Shown here: positions 47,553 through 56,254 of the stretch, piece by piece
Position numbering within the stretch: position 1 is the stretch's first letter
Layout of the letters: each line of letters opens with the position of its first letter
Assembly: GCA_036505615.1 (NCBI GenBank)
Contig: DASXTB010000409.1
Span: 4,540 to 68,539 of the forward strand
Direction: 5' to 3'
Length of the DNA: 64,000 bases
Origin: Acidobacteriota bacterium
Lineage (GTDB): Bacteria > Acidobacteriota > UBA6911 > JACQSX01
Translations under genes and position numbers: made by a program
Notes under the pieces: generated by a model
Told to the model about the DNA's origin: nothing
Database searches by the model: none
What the model saw: only the letters and a program-made list of their open reading frames with translations

Positions 47553-47700
47553 TAAATGGGACACGGATGAACACGGAATACACGGATGAAGCCCCCGTCG
47601 CGGCCGGTCAAGAGACCGGTTCAGTATGTGGTTGGTCGGCCGCGACGGGGGCTTCATCCGTGTATTCCGTGTTCATCCGTGTCCTGATAAAACGGCAAGA
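47553..47700. repeat. Giant perfect palindrome (48-bp stem, 30-nt loop), CACGGAT family
   Basis: ggacacggatgaacacggaatacacggatgaagcccccgtcgcggccg ... cggccgcgacgggggcttcatccgtgtattccgtgttcatccgtgtcc. Confidence 0.75.
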
Positions 47701-49053
47701 TCAAAAATCCAAATCATACATCTTCAACTTCTTATATAAATTGCTGCGCTCCACCTTGATCGCTTCCGCGGTCTTACTGACGTTTCCCTGATGCTCGATC
47801 AGCTTCCTCAGAATGAATTCCTTTTCGAATTGCTCTCTTGCTTCATGCAGCGAGGCGTTGTCGTAAGGGCTGGACGCCAGCGCCGTGGATTCCAGAATAT
47901 TGGTGGGCAGCGCGTAAACATCGATTCGCGGGCCAGGAACCATGATGACCAGCCGCTCAATTACGTTTTTCAACTCGCGGATGTTCCCCGGCCAGGAATA
48001 GCTCTGGAATTTTTCCATCACATCCGGCGTGATTTCTTTAGGCGTCTTTCCATAGCTAACAGAGAATCGCGCCACAAAATAATCCACCAGAGCGGGGATG
48101 TCTTCCTTGCGCTCGCGCAACGGAGGCACCTGGAAAGGAATAACATTCAATCGGTAATAAAGATCTTCGCGGAAATTTCCCCGCTCAATTTCCGCCTCCA
48201 GATTCTTGTTAGTAGCCGCGACAACTCTTACGTCGATTTCCACTTCATCGTTGCTTCCCACCATGTGAAAGCGCTGTTCTTCGAGCACTCGTAGTACCTT
48301 CGATTGCGTGCGGGGGCTCATGTCTCCCACCTCGTCCAGAAAAAGAGTTCCTCCGTCGGCGAGCTGAAGCTTCCCCTTCTTGCTCTCGGTAGCGCCGGTG
48401 TAGGCTCCTTTCACGTGGCCGAAAAGCTCGCTTTCGATTAAATCCTCAGGAATGGCGGCGCAGTTGACCTCCACATAAGGGTGGCTCCAGCGCAGGCTCT
48501 GCCGGTGAATATGTTTGGCGACCAGCTCTTTTCCGGTGCCATTTTCACCGTAAATGAGAATGCGACCGTTGGTGGGAGCGGCGTAGGCAATCTGCTGGCG
48601 CAGCGCTTTCATCGGAACGGAATTGCCGATCATCACGGCTTCGGCGAAAAGCTGATTGCGGAGGGTCTCGTTTTCCTCTTCAAGTTTTTTCTGTTTGAGC
48701 GCGTTATTGACCACCAACAGTGTCTTATCGATCGAGAGAGGCTTCTCAATGAAATCGAACGCGCCCAGTTTGGTAGCCCGTACCGCCGTCTCAATGGTGC
48801 CGTGCCCCGAGATGATCACTACGGCGCAATTTTTCTTGAAACTTTGTATTGCTTCCAGTGTCTGCAGGCCGTCTATTTGCGGGAGCCACACGTCCAGCAG
48901 TATGAGATCGAAGTCTTTCTCCGCCAGGCGATCCAGGCACTCCTCGCCGCTGCCGACCGTCTCCACGCGAAACCCTTCATCTTCCAGAATGGCGCGCAGT
49001 GACGTTTGGACGCCCATCTCGTCATCCACTACCAGAATTCTTCCTTTGGACAT
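47701..49053 (-). CDS. Sigma-54-dependent response regulator (NtrC family)
   Basis: 450 aa. Receiver (ILVVDDE..D), AAA+ sigma-54 activator (GENGTGKELVAKHIH, ESELFGH), C-terminal Fis-type HTH. Confidence 0.9.
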   Translation of the reverse strand: MSKGRILVVDDEMGVQTSLRAILEDEGFRVETVGSGEECLDRLAEKDFDLILLDVWLPQIDGLQTLEAIQSFKKNCAVVIISGHGTIETAVRATKLGAFDFIEKPLSIDKTLLVVNNALKQKKLEEENETLRNQLFAEAVMIGNSVPMKALRQQIAYAAPTNGRILIYGENGTGKELVAKHIHRQSLRWSHPYVEVNCAAIPEDLIESELFGHVKGAYTGATESKKGKLQLADGGTLFLDEVGDMSPRTQSKVLRVLEEQRFHMVGSNDEVEIDVRVVAATNKNLEAEIERGNFREDLYYRLNVIPFQVPPLRERKEDIPALVDYFVARFSVSYGKTPKEITPDVMEKFQSYSWPGNIRELKNVIERLVIMVPGPRIDVYALPTNILESTALASSPYDNASLHEAREQFEKEFILRKLIEHQGNVSKTAEAIKVERSNLYKKLKMYDLDF

Positions 49054-49175
49054 GGTCCTACCAATGACTAACAGGACACTGAAAAACTCACCGCGAAGGC
49101 GCGAAGAACGCGAACGCTGGGTGTTGACGCGGAACCCCTAGTTGTTGGCGTATCCATCGCACAGTCATCCAATAA

Positions 49176-51410
49176 TTAAACGGAAATCTTTGCCTCACTG
49201 CGATTCTGTGCCGCCGAGACTGGGAGCTCGATCACAAAACGCGAGCCCCTCGGCAGATTCGCCTCCGCCCGAATATTGCCATGATGTTCGGAAACTATCT
49301 GCCGCACAATGGCCAGCCCCAGGCCGGTGCCCTGCTTCTTGGTAGAGAAGTAGGGGAGAAAAAGTTTTTCATAATCCTCCGCGGCAATTCCGGGACCATT
49401 GTCGGTCACCTCGATGCGCACCAATTCGCGGTCCTTTTGCATGCGGGTCCGGATCTCAATTCGCTTTTCGAACCCCGAGCCGTGCATCGCTTCCACAGCG
49501 TTGTCGATAAGATTCACAAAAACCCGTTTCATCTGCTCGGGATCGGCCGCCGTCTCGGGCATCACTTTGTCATAGTCTTTGTTGATTTGAAGATCGCCGA
49601 AGCGGCCATCATACAAGTCCAGCGTTTCGTCGATAATCTGATGGATGTTCAGCAGCACGGGCTTGCTTAGCGGCAACCTGGCAAAGCGCGAGAACTCATC
49701 GACCATTTCCTTCAGTACCTGGCTTTCGTGCTGAATAGTGCGGGTGGAATCTTCCAGAATTCCGGCAAATTCTGCGCCCGCCCGTTCCCTGGATGGGCCT
49801 TCCTGCTCGCGCATTTTCCTGAACTTCTTGAGCAGGCGCTCGGCGGTGAGCTGAATAGGCGTGAGCGGATTCTTAATTTCGTGAGCCAGTCGCCGCGCTA
49901 CTTCCTGCCAGGCTGCAAACTTCTCGGCTCGAATGAATTCCGTCAGGTCATCCAGCACCAGCAAGTAACTCATCTTGCCGGAGGCGGGATCCAAGTGCGA
50001 AGTAGCGGTAACGGCTACGTGGACTGGAGAAAGGTGATGGGAAAAAATCAATTCCCTCCGATGGGCCCCGAAAAGCCGGGCGCGGCGGAGCAGAGCTTCT
50101 ACCGGGCGGTTCTCGTCGCCGGGAATAAGATCGGCCAGGCGTTTTCCCAGTAATTGGCGCTCGTCGCGGTTAAAAATTTTACCGGCCGCGACGTTGGCGG
50201 TCTGGATGGTGAATTCTTCGTCCAGAGACAGGACGGCAGTGCCGATGTTTTGCAGGATCGTCTCGATGATATTTCTGCGCCGCTCTAATTCAGCATTGGC
50301 GACCCGCAAAGATTCGCTGGAGCGTTCGATCTCTTTCCTATTGGACTCAAGCTGGGAGGTCATCTCATTGAAGGAATTCACCAGCTCTTCGAGTTCATCG
50401 GTGGCCGGGCAATGGATCCGGTAACCCAGATCGCCGGCGGCCACTCTGCGCGAACCTTCCGCCAACGCCTCGATTGGGACGGTGATTTTCTTTGCCGTGT
50501 AAAGTCCAAACCAGGTAAAACCGAACATGACAGTCAGGGTGGTCAGGCCAAGCAAGATGAAGTAGTTCTGCTTCAAGGCTCGAAGCTTGCCGCCAGTCTC
50601 CTGCGAAATGGTTTGCGCCACGGTCTCGGCTTTCCGAATCTCAGCGGCGTGGTAGGCCACAGAAATAGGAATGGTGGAGAGGGCGGCGGCGACGCCGTTG
50701 CGGATGGGCAAGACAGTGATTAAATCTTCACGAGTGGATTTTTCCGGCTCGCCAAAATGCGCGCTCATAGGCTGGGCGCTCAGCAGCGACCGGTGCCAAG
50801 AACTGCGGTTCGTTACGCCCCCAAGCGAACCGGCCGAGAATGTTTGATCGCCTTGCCTCCAGTAAACGTAGTCGAAATTGCCCGCCGCAAGCGTTTCGCG
50901 CAGCACTCGCATGGGGTGATCGGTCTCCTTCTCCATCCGGTCTCGCAGCCGTTCCAGCAGAAGCATGTCAGTTGAGCCGATCGCCCGGTAGTAGCTCTCG
51001 GCTATTGCCTCGGAATGTGAGAGCACTTGCTTGGCCGGAGCGTTAAACCACTGAGTAAGGGTGGTGTTGATCAAGGCAAAGGCGATCAAAAGCAGCGACA
51101 GTGATGGAAGCAGGGAAAGCACGATCAGCACGGTGACCAGTTTTACCTTGATCTTCGACCCAATACGTTCGTGCCGATATTCGAAGAAGAGCTTGATCAG
51201 ATTTCGAAGCAGAAAAAAACTGAGAGCGAGAACCACCAGGAAATTGATGGCAAAGACGGCGGCCCAGAGATTCAGATTTTCAAGAAACCGGGCATTGCCT
51301 ACGGACGAAGGATTCAAAAAGAACTGGCTGATGAGAAACAACAGCAGGAAAAACACTAGAGCCCCACCCAGCCAATAGATCTGCCTTTGGATCGACTTTT
51401 TTTCGCTCAT
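49176..51410 (-). CDS. Sensor histidine kinase (TM, HAMP, PAS, HisKA, HATPase_c), partner of the NtrC-like regulator
   Basis: Start taken at MSEKKSIQRQIYWLG (the ORF extends to 51548). H-box LAHEIKNPLTPI. G-boxes DNGPGI...GTGLGLAIV. Confidence 0.8.
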   Translation of the reverse strand: MSEKKSIQRQIYWLGGALVFFLLLFLISQFFLNPSSVGNARFLENLNLWAAVFAINFLVVLALSFFLLRNLIKLFFEYRHERIGSKIKVKLVTVLIVLSLLPSLSLLLIAFALINTTLTQWFNAPAKQVLSHSEAIAESYYRAIGSTDMLLLERLRDRMEKETDHPMRVLRETLAAGNFDYVYWRQGDQTFSAGSLGGVTNRSSWHRSLLSAQPMSAHFGEPEKSTREDLITVLPIRNGVAAALSTIPISVAYHAAEIRKAETVAQTISQETGGKLRALKQNYFILLGLTTLTVMFGFTWFGLYTAKKITVPIEALAEGSRRVAAGDLGYRIHCPATDELEELVNSFNEMTSQLESNRKEIERSSESLRVANAELERRRNIIETILQNIGTAVLSLDEEFTIQTANVAAGKIFNRDERQLLGKRLADLIPGDENRPVEALLRRARLFGAHRRELIFSHHLSPVHVAVTATSHLDPASGKMSYLLVLDDLTEFIRAEKFAAWQEVARRLAHEIKNPLTPIQLTAERLLKKFRKMREQEGPSRERAGAEFAGILEDSTRTIQHESQVLKEMVDEFSRFARLPLSKPVLLNIHQIIDETLDLYDGRFGDLQINKDYDKVMPETAADPEQMKRVFVNLIDNAVEAMHGSGFEKRIEIRTRMQKDRELVRIEVTDNGPGIAAEDYEKLFLPYFSTKKQGTGLGLAIVRQIVSEHHGNIRAEANLPRGSRFVIELPVSAAQNRSEAKISV

Positions 51411-51574
51411 CTGAGCCGCCGGATCTATTTTAGCCCGACATCGCCTACGAGGCTCGGTGTTTCGGCGTCTGGAGCAAAAACGTTCAACCGCGAAGGGCGG
51501 TGAATGTTTTTGAAAATCCGGGCAAGGCGCCGGTTTTGAGCTAGGCAACGGAATTGCGCTAGAATGCCCACGAC

Positions 51575-52039
51575 ATGTCGCCGACTGGCAAGAGACAACG
51601 CCAGACCCTGATTCGCAGGATTATCGCTGAAGAGGAAATCTTCAGCCAGGAAGAATTGCGAAATGAACTGCTGAAGCGCTCGGTGAATGTTACGCAGGCC
51701 ACTCTTTCCCGCGACATCGCCGAGCTGGGCCTGGTAAAACAGTCCTCCACGGGAACCTACACGCTTCCTGAAAACGTGACTGAACATACAGAGGCTCACG
51801 CCATTTTGGCCCGCATGCGCCAACTGGTTCAGGAGATCGATTTCTCAGGCAACCTGGTGCTGGTCAAGACCGCGCCAGGCGACGCGCAAGCAGCGGGACT
51901 TGCCATGGACCACCTTCAATTCAAGGAAGTGGTGGGAACCATCGCCGGCGACGATACCCTGCTCGTGGTGATACGGGCAAAATACAAAGCATCGGGCTTT
52001 GCCAGAAAACTGGAGAAAATGCTGGCAGGAGAAGGCTAG
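51575..52039 (+). CDS. argR: Arginine repressor ArgR
   Basis: 154 aa. N-terminal winged helix (FSQEELRNELLKRSVNVTQATLSRDIAELGLVK). C-terminal GTIAGDDTLLVV. No SD; a TAGAAT -10-like hexamer lies 9 nt upstream, so the transcript may be leaderless. Confidence 0.85.
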   Translation: MSPTGKRQRQTLIRRIIAEEEIFSQEELRNELLKRSVNVTQATLSRDIAELGLVKQSSTGTYTLPENVTEHTEAHAILARMRQLVQEIDFSGNLVLVKTAPGDAQAAGLAMDHLQFKEVVGTIAGDDTLLVVIRAKYKASGFARKLEKMLAGEG

Positions 52040-52450
52040 GAGGCAGGAAGCAGGAGGCAGGAAGCAAACGGCAGGAAGCAGGAAGCAGGAAGCAGGAGGC
52101 AGGAGCCAGGAGGCAGGAGGCAGGAGGCAGACGGCAGAAGGCGGAGGCAGAAAGCGGAAGGCCGAAGGCGGAAAGCGGAAGGCAGTAGACAGAAAGCGGA
52201 AGGCGGAAAGTGGAATGCAGCAGGCGATGGCTTACAAGGCGTCATCTGTCATTCGTCATTTGTTACCCACAACGACAGACGACGATTTGATACGTGAACT
52301 GTCTTCTGCCTTCCGCTTTCTGCCTGCTGCTTTCTGCCTGCTGCTTTCTGCCTTCTGCTTTCTGCCTCCTGCTTTCTGCCTTCCGCCTTCCGCTTTCTGC
52401 CTACAGCCTTCCGCTTTCTGCCTACAGCCTTCCGCTTTCCGCCTTCCGCC
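52031..52450. repeat. GCAGGAA heptamer array (52031-52230) and inverted TTCCTGC array (52300-52450) between argR and argF
   Basis: ggaggcaggaagcaggaggcaggaagc... versus ...ctgccttccgctttctgcctgctgctttctgcc. Confidence 0.75.
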
Positions 52451-53416
52451 TTAAACGAACTCCCGGTGCAGCGCTTTCAGCAGCAGGGCCTTGTGCACGT
52501 GCAGGCGGTTTTCGGCCTGGTCGTAGACGATGGAGCGCGGTCCATCGATAACTGAATCAGAGACTTCTTCACCCCGGTGCGCGGGAAGGCAGTGCATGAA
52601 GAACGCCTTCTTGCCGGCGCGGGTCATCAGTTGTGGAGTCACCTTGTATTGTGCAAAGTCCCGCAACTTCCTTTCTGCATCCCTCTCCTGGCCCATACTG
52701 ACCCAGGTGTCTGTGTAAACGGCATCCGCTCCAAAAAGATGGCCCAGATCGTGGCTGAATTCCACGATGCTGCCGCTCTCCCCGGCAAATTGTGCCGCGC
52801 GCCGGCAGCAGAGTGCGTCCGCCTCATAACCGGGAGGCGAGATCAGAGTGAAGTGCATTCCCAGCAGAGCGCAAATCTGCATCAGCGAGTTACTGACGTT
52901 GTTGGGGTCTCCCACGTAAACCAGCTTGCGATGCTTCACCTCACCCCAGCGCTGCTGCAACGTCAGGACGTCGGCCAGCACCTGGCAGGGATGTTCAAAA
53001 TCGCTGAGCGCATTAATCACCGGGATGGATGAATTTCGAGCCAATTCCTCCAGCGTCGATTGGGAGAATGTTCGAGCAATCACAATGGAGCACCAGCGCT
53101 CCAGATTCCTTCCTGTGTCCTTGATCGATTCCCGTTCACCAATCTTCTGCTGCTGGCAATCCAGAAAACTGGCCGTACCTCCCATGCTGTGCATTCCAAT
53201 TTCAAAAGTGAGACGGGTGCGGAGAGAAGGCTTTTCAAACAGCAACACGGCGTGACAGCCGGAGAGCGAATTCTGATGCGTCTCGGGCGCATTCTTCACC
53301 AGACACGCCAGTTGCAGCAGGTCGTGGATGCGTTCCACGCTGAGATCGGAGATCGCAAGCAGATGTTTCGGCCAGTCCCCCGCTGGATTCGTCTTAGGCT
53401 TCTTCAAGTTCTTCAT
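52451..53416 (-). CDS. argF: Ornithine carbamoyltransferase
   Basis: FEKPSLRTRLTFE (STRTR-type carbamoyl-phosphate site), HCLPAHRGEE. Start taken at MKNLKK (the ORF extends to 53524). Confidence 0.85.
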   Translation of the reverse strand: MKNLKKPKTNPAGDWPKHLLAISDLSVERIHDLLQLACLVKNAPETHQNSLSGCHAVLLFEKPSLRTRLTFEIGMHSMGGTASFLDCQQQKIGERESIKDTGRNLERWCSIVIARTFSQSTLEELARNSSIPVINALSDFEHPCQVLADVLTLQQRWGEVKHRKLVYVGDPNNVSNSLMQICALLGMHFTLISPPGYEADALCCRRAAQFAGESGSIVEFSHDLGHLFGADAVYTDTWVSMGQERDAERKLRDFAQYKVTPQLMTRAGKKAFFMHCLPAHRGEEVSDSVIDGPRSIVYDQAENRLHVHKALLLKALHREFV

Positions 53417-54797
53417 CAAGCTCCTGAATTTTCTTTTGAATGAAGTCAGGGTTAGGGCTTCCCAGCGTCTTTTTGCGTCGCAGCGAAGCGCCGGGCGCAA
53501 AATTATCAAAAATGTCTTCTTCAAAAACGGGATGGTGCTGCTGGAATTCCTGCAGCGTCCAATGGCGCCAGTTCTTGCGTGTCTTCAGGTATTCCTGGAC
53601 CATGCGGCCCACTACCGCGTGAGCTTCGCGGAAGGCGACGCCGTGAGAGACCAAGTATTCGGCAAGATCGGTGGCCATCAGCAACGGATCGGAGGCAGCG
53701 GCGTTGACGCTCTCTTCGTTGACGCCGATGCCATGGATGACGCGCTCCAGCACCGGCAACACGGCAAGCACCGTTTCAGCCGCCTGGAAGAGGAACAGCT
53801 TGTCCTCTTGCATGTCGCGGCTGTAGCCGCTGGGGAGGCCTTTCATCAGTGTCAGCGCGCTCATCAGATTTCCCACCACACTGGCGGTTTTCCCCCGCAT
53901 CAGCTCCAGCGCGTCGGGATTTTTTTTGTGCGGCATCAAGCTCGAGCCGGTGCAGAGGGAGTCCTCCAGCCGAATGAAATCAAATTCGGAGGAACACCAC
54001 AGAATCAGGTCTTCGCACAAGCGGCTCACATGTGTCATCAGAATGGCCGCATCACTGAGGAATTCCAGCAGCCAGTCGCGATCGCCCACCGTGTCGATAC
54101 TGTTGGCCGTGGGCCCCCGAAATCCCAGCACCCGGGCGGTAAATTTACGGTCAATCGGCAGGGTGCTGCCCGCGATGGCGCCCGAACCAAGCGGCGAGAA
54201 CTGGAGGCGCTCCTCCAAATCCTTAAGCCGCGCGCGATCGCGCTGGAACATTTCATACAGCGCCAGCCAGTAATGTGCCAGGCTTACCAACTGTGCCCGC
54301 TGCAAGTGAGTGTAAGCCGGGATGGTGACGGTCAGATCACGCTTGGCTGACTTGAGAAGCGCGCGCTGAACGTCGCGCAGGCGCCAGTCGATCAAACGCA
54401 ATTGGTCGCGCAAATAGAGCATCGAGTCGACGGCAACCTGGTCGTTGCGGCTGCGGCCGGTGTGAAGCTTGTCGGCGGCCTGGCCATACATCTCCTTGAG
54501 CTTGAATTCAACGAAGCTATGAATGTCCTCGTGCTTCTCGACTTCTTTCCAGTCGTTCTCAGCCTCGCATTGAACCAGTTTCTTGTGCAGGACGCTGATA
54601 CCGTTGAGCAGCTGTTCGGCCTCGCTCTGCGTCAGCAGTCCCTGCTGTTCCAGCATCAGCACGTGGGCGCAGCTTCCCTGCAGGTCGTAGCGCCACAATT
54701 TCCGGTCAAACCAGGACGAGCGGGTGAAATTGTCGATGATTTCTTCCAGCGGGCTCTGGAATCGATTCGCCCAAAGTTTTTGTGTAGTCATTGACAC
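53394..54797 (-). CDS. argH: Argininosuccinate lyase
   Basis: 467 aa. Fumarate-lyase signature [12 protein letters not shown]. Confidence 0.9.
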   Translation of the reverse strand: MSMTTQKLWANRFQSPLEEIIDNFTRSSWFDRKLWRYDLQGSCAHVLMLEQQGLLTQSEAEQLLNGISVLHKKLVQCEAENDWKEVEKHEDIHSFVEFKLKEMYGQAADKLHTGRSRNDQVAVDSMLYLRDQLRLIDWRLRDVQRALLKSAKRDLTVTIPAYTHLQRAQLVSLAHYWLALYEMFQRDRARLKDLEERLQFSPLGSGAIAGSTLPIDRKFTARVLGFRGPTANSIDTVGDRDWLLEFLSDAAILMTHVSRLCEDLILWCSSEFDFIRLEDSLCTGSSLMPHKKNPDALELMRGKTASVVGNLMSALTLMKGLPSGYSRDMQEDKLFLFQAAETVLAVLPVLERVIHGIGVNEESVNAAASDPLLMATDLAEYLVSHGVAFREAHAVVGRMVQEYLKTRKNWRHWTLQEFQQHHPVFEEDIFDNFAPGASLRRKKTLGSPNPDFIQKKIQELDEELEEA

Positions 54798-54826
54798 CCT
54801 GGTTCAGGTCCTTTCCGGTGAATTTA

Positions 54827-56176
54827 TCAAGCCCGCTTCCCCAAAGGTTGAGATTGATGCTTTTCGTCTTCCTGCCGACTGCCTTCTGCCTCCTGCCTTC
54901 CGCCTTCTGCTTTCTGCCTTCTGCCTTCCGCTTTTTGCCCTCCGCCGTCTGCTTCCTGCCTGCTGAGCGGAGAGGGTCGCAGCAGCGCGTTCACACGCAG
55001 GCGCGTCGCCTGCAGGCGGATGAATCCTTCGGCGTCCTTCTGCCGGTAAACGTCGTCCTTTTCAAATGTCGCCAACTCCTCTGAGTAGAGAGACCGGGCC
55101 GCACGCCGTCCCAGCACGCTGCAGTTTCCCTTGTACAAACGCAGCTTGACTTCACCGGTCACGTTCTCCTGGCTTTCACGGACAGTTTTCTGCAGCAGCC
55201 GCATTTCCGGCGAAAACCAGAAGCCGTAATAGGTCCACTCAGCAAACTTCAGGCTCAACTCTTCTTTCCAGTGCTGGACTTCGCGATCCAGTGTGATCGA
55301 TTCCAGAGCCCGGTGCGCGTGCCACAGCAAAGTGGCGCCCGGCGTTTCGTACACTCCGCGAGATTTCATCCCTACGAAGCGATTTTCCACCAGATCGACG
55401 CGGCCCACGCCATGAACTCCACCCAGCTTATTGGCCTCCTCCAGAAGTTCCACCGGGCCAAGCGGCCGGCCATTGATGGCGACAGGAATTCCTTTTTCAA
55501 AGCTGAAAACAACCGTCTCTGGACGCTCCGGGGCAGTGACCGGGTTGGCCGTCAGGATGTATATATCCTCCGGAGCCTCGGCCCAAGGATCCTCAAGGAT
55601 TCCTCCCTCGTGGCTGCAGTGCATCAGATTACGGTCGGTGCTGTAGGGCTTTTCCAGAGTGGCCGTCACCGGCAGCGAATGCTTCCTGCAATACGCGATC
55701 AGATCGGAGCGGGACTGCATCTCCCAGTCGCGCCAGGGAGCGATTACCTGAATATCAGGAGAAAGTGCGTAGAAGGTGAGTTCAAAGCGAACCTGATCGT
55801 TGCCCTTGCCGGTGGCGCCGTGCGCGACGCAGAAAGCCCCCTCCTTTCGCGCTACTTCCAACTGATGCTTGGCGATGACGGGGCGAGCCAGCGAGGTGCC
55901 CAGAAGATAATAACCCTCGTAAAGGGCGTTTGCCTGAATTGCCGGGAACACGTAGTCACGGACGAATTCTTCGCGCAGGTCCAGAATGAGGCTCTTGGAA
56001 GCGCCCAAGGATTTGGCCTTCTCTTGCAACCCGTCCAGCTCTTCGGCCTGGCCTACGTCGGCGGTAAAGGTGACGACCTCGTATCCTTTTTGATGCTTCA
56101 GCCAATGAAGCATCACTGTCGTGTCCAGCCCGCCGGAGTAAGCCAGCACGACCCGCTTTAAATTCTTCTCCTGCAT
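54827..56176 (-). CDS. argG: Argininosuccinate synthase with a repeat-encoded low-complexity C-terminal tail
   Basis: 449 aa. [10 protein letters not shown] (PP-loop). The last ~45 aa ([37 protein letters not shown]) are translated from the GCAGGAA-family array at 54845-54965. Confidence 0.9.
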   Translation of the reverse strand: MQEKNLKRVVLAYSGGLDTTVMLHWLKHQKGYEVVTFTADVGQAEELDGLQEKAKSLGASKSLILDLREEFVRDYVFPAIQANALYEGYYLLGTSLARPVIAKHQLEVARKEGAFCVAHGATGKGNDQVRFELTFYALSPDIQVIAPWRDWEMQSRSDLIAYCRKHSLPVTATLEKPYSTDRNLMHCSHEGGILEDPWAEAPEDIYILTANPVTAPERPETVVFSFEKGIPVAINGRPLGPVELLEEANKLGGVHGVGRVDLVENRFVGMKSRGVYETPGATLLWHAHRALESITLDREVQHWKEELSLKFAEWTYYGFWFSPEMRLLQKTVRESQENVTGEVKLRLYKGNCSVLGRRAARSLYSEELATFEKDDVYRQKDAEGFIRLQATRLRVNALLRPSPLSRQEADGGGQKAEGRRQKAEGGRQEAEGSRQEDEKHQSQPLGKRA

Positions 56177-56254
56177 AAGGAGTTTACGATACGGTCAAAG
56201 GCCCGGGGTGTCAATGTATTTTTATGCATCCTAGTGAATAATTATGCATCCTCC

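Noticed and set aside
51999-52454. ORFs (151 aa plus strand; 69 aa minus strand) made entirely of translated GCAGGAA repeats
   Set aside because: Low-complexity translation of the tandem array (QEAGGRKQ...), no RBS. Far more likely non-coding.
53328-54350. 340-aa plus-strand ORF antisense to argH
   Set aside because: argH carries the fumarate-lyase signature on the minus strand. The antisense frame has an Arg/Gln-rich composition typical of GC-rich shadow ORFs.
55271-56161. 296-aa plus-strand ORF antisense to argG
   Set aside because: Shadow ORF; argG is unambiguous.
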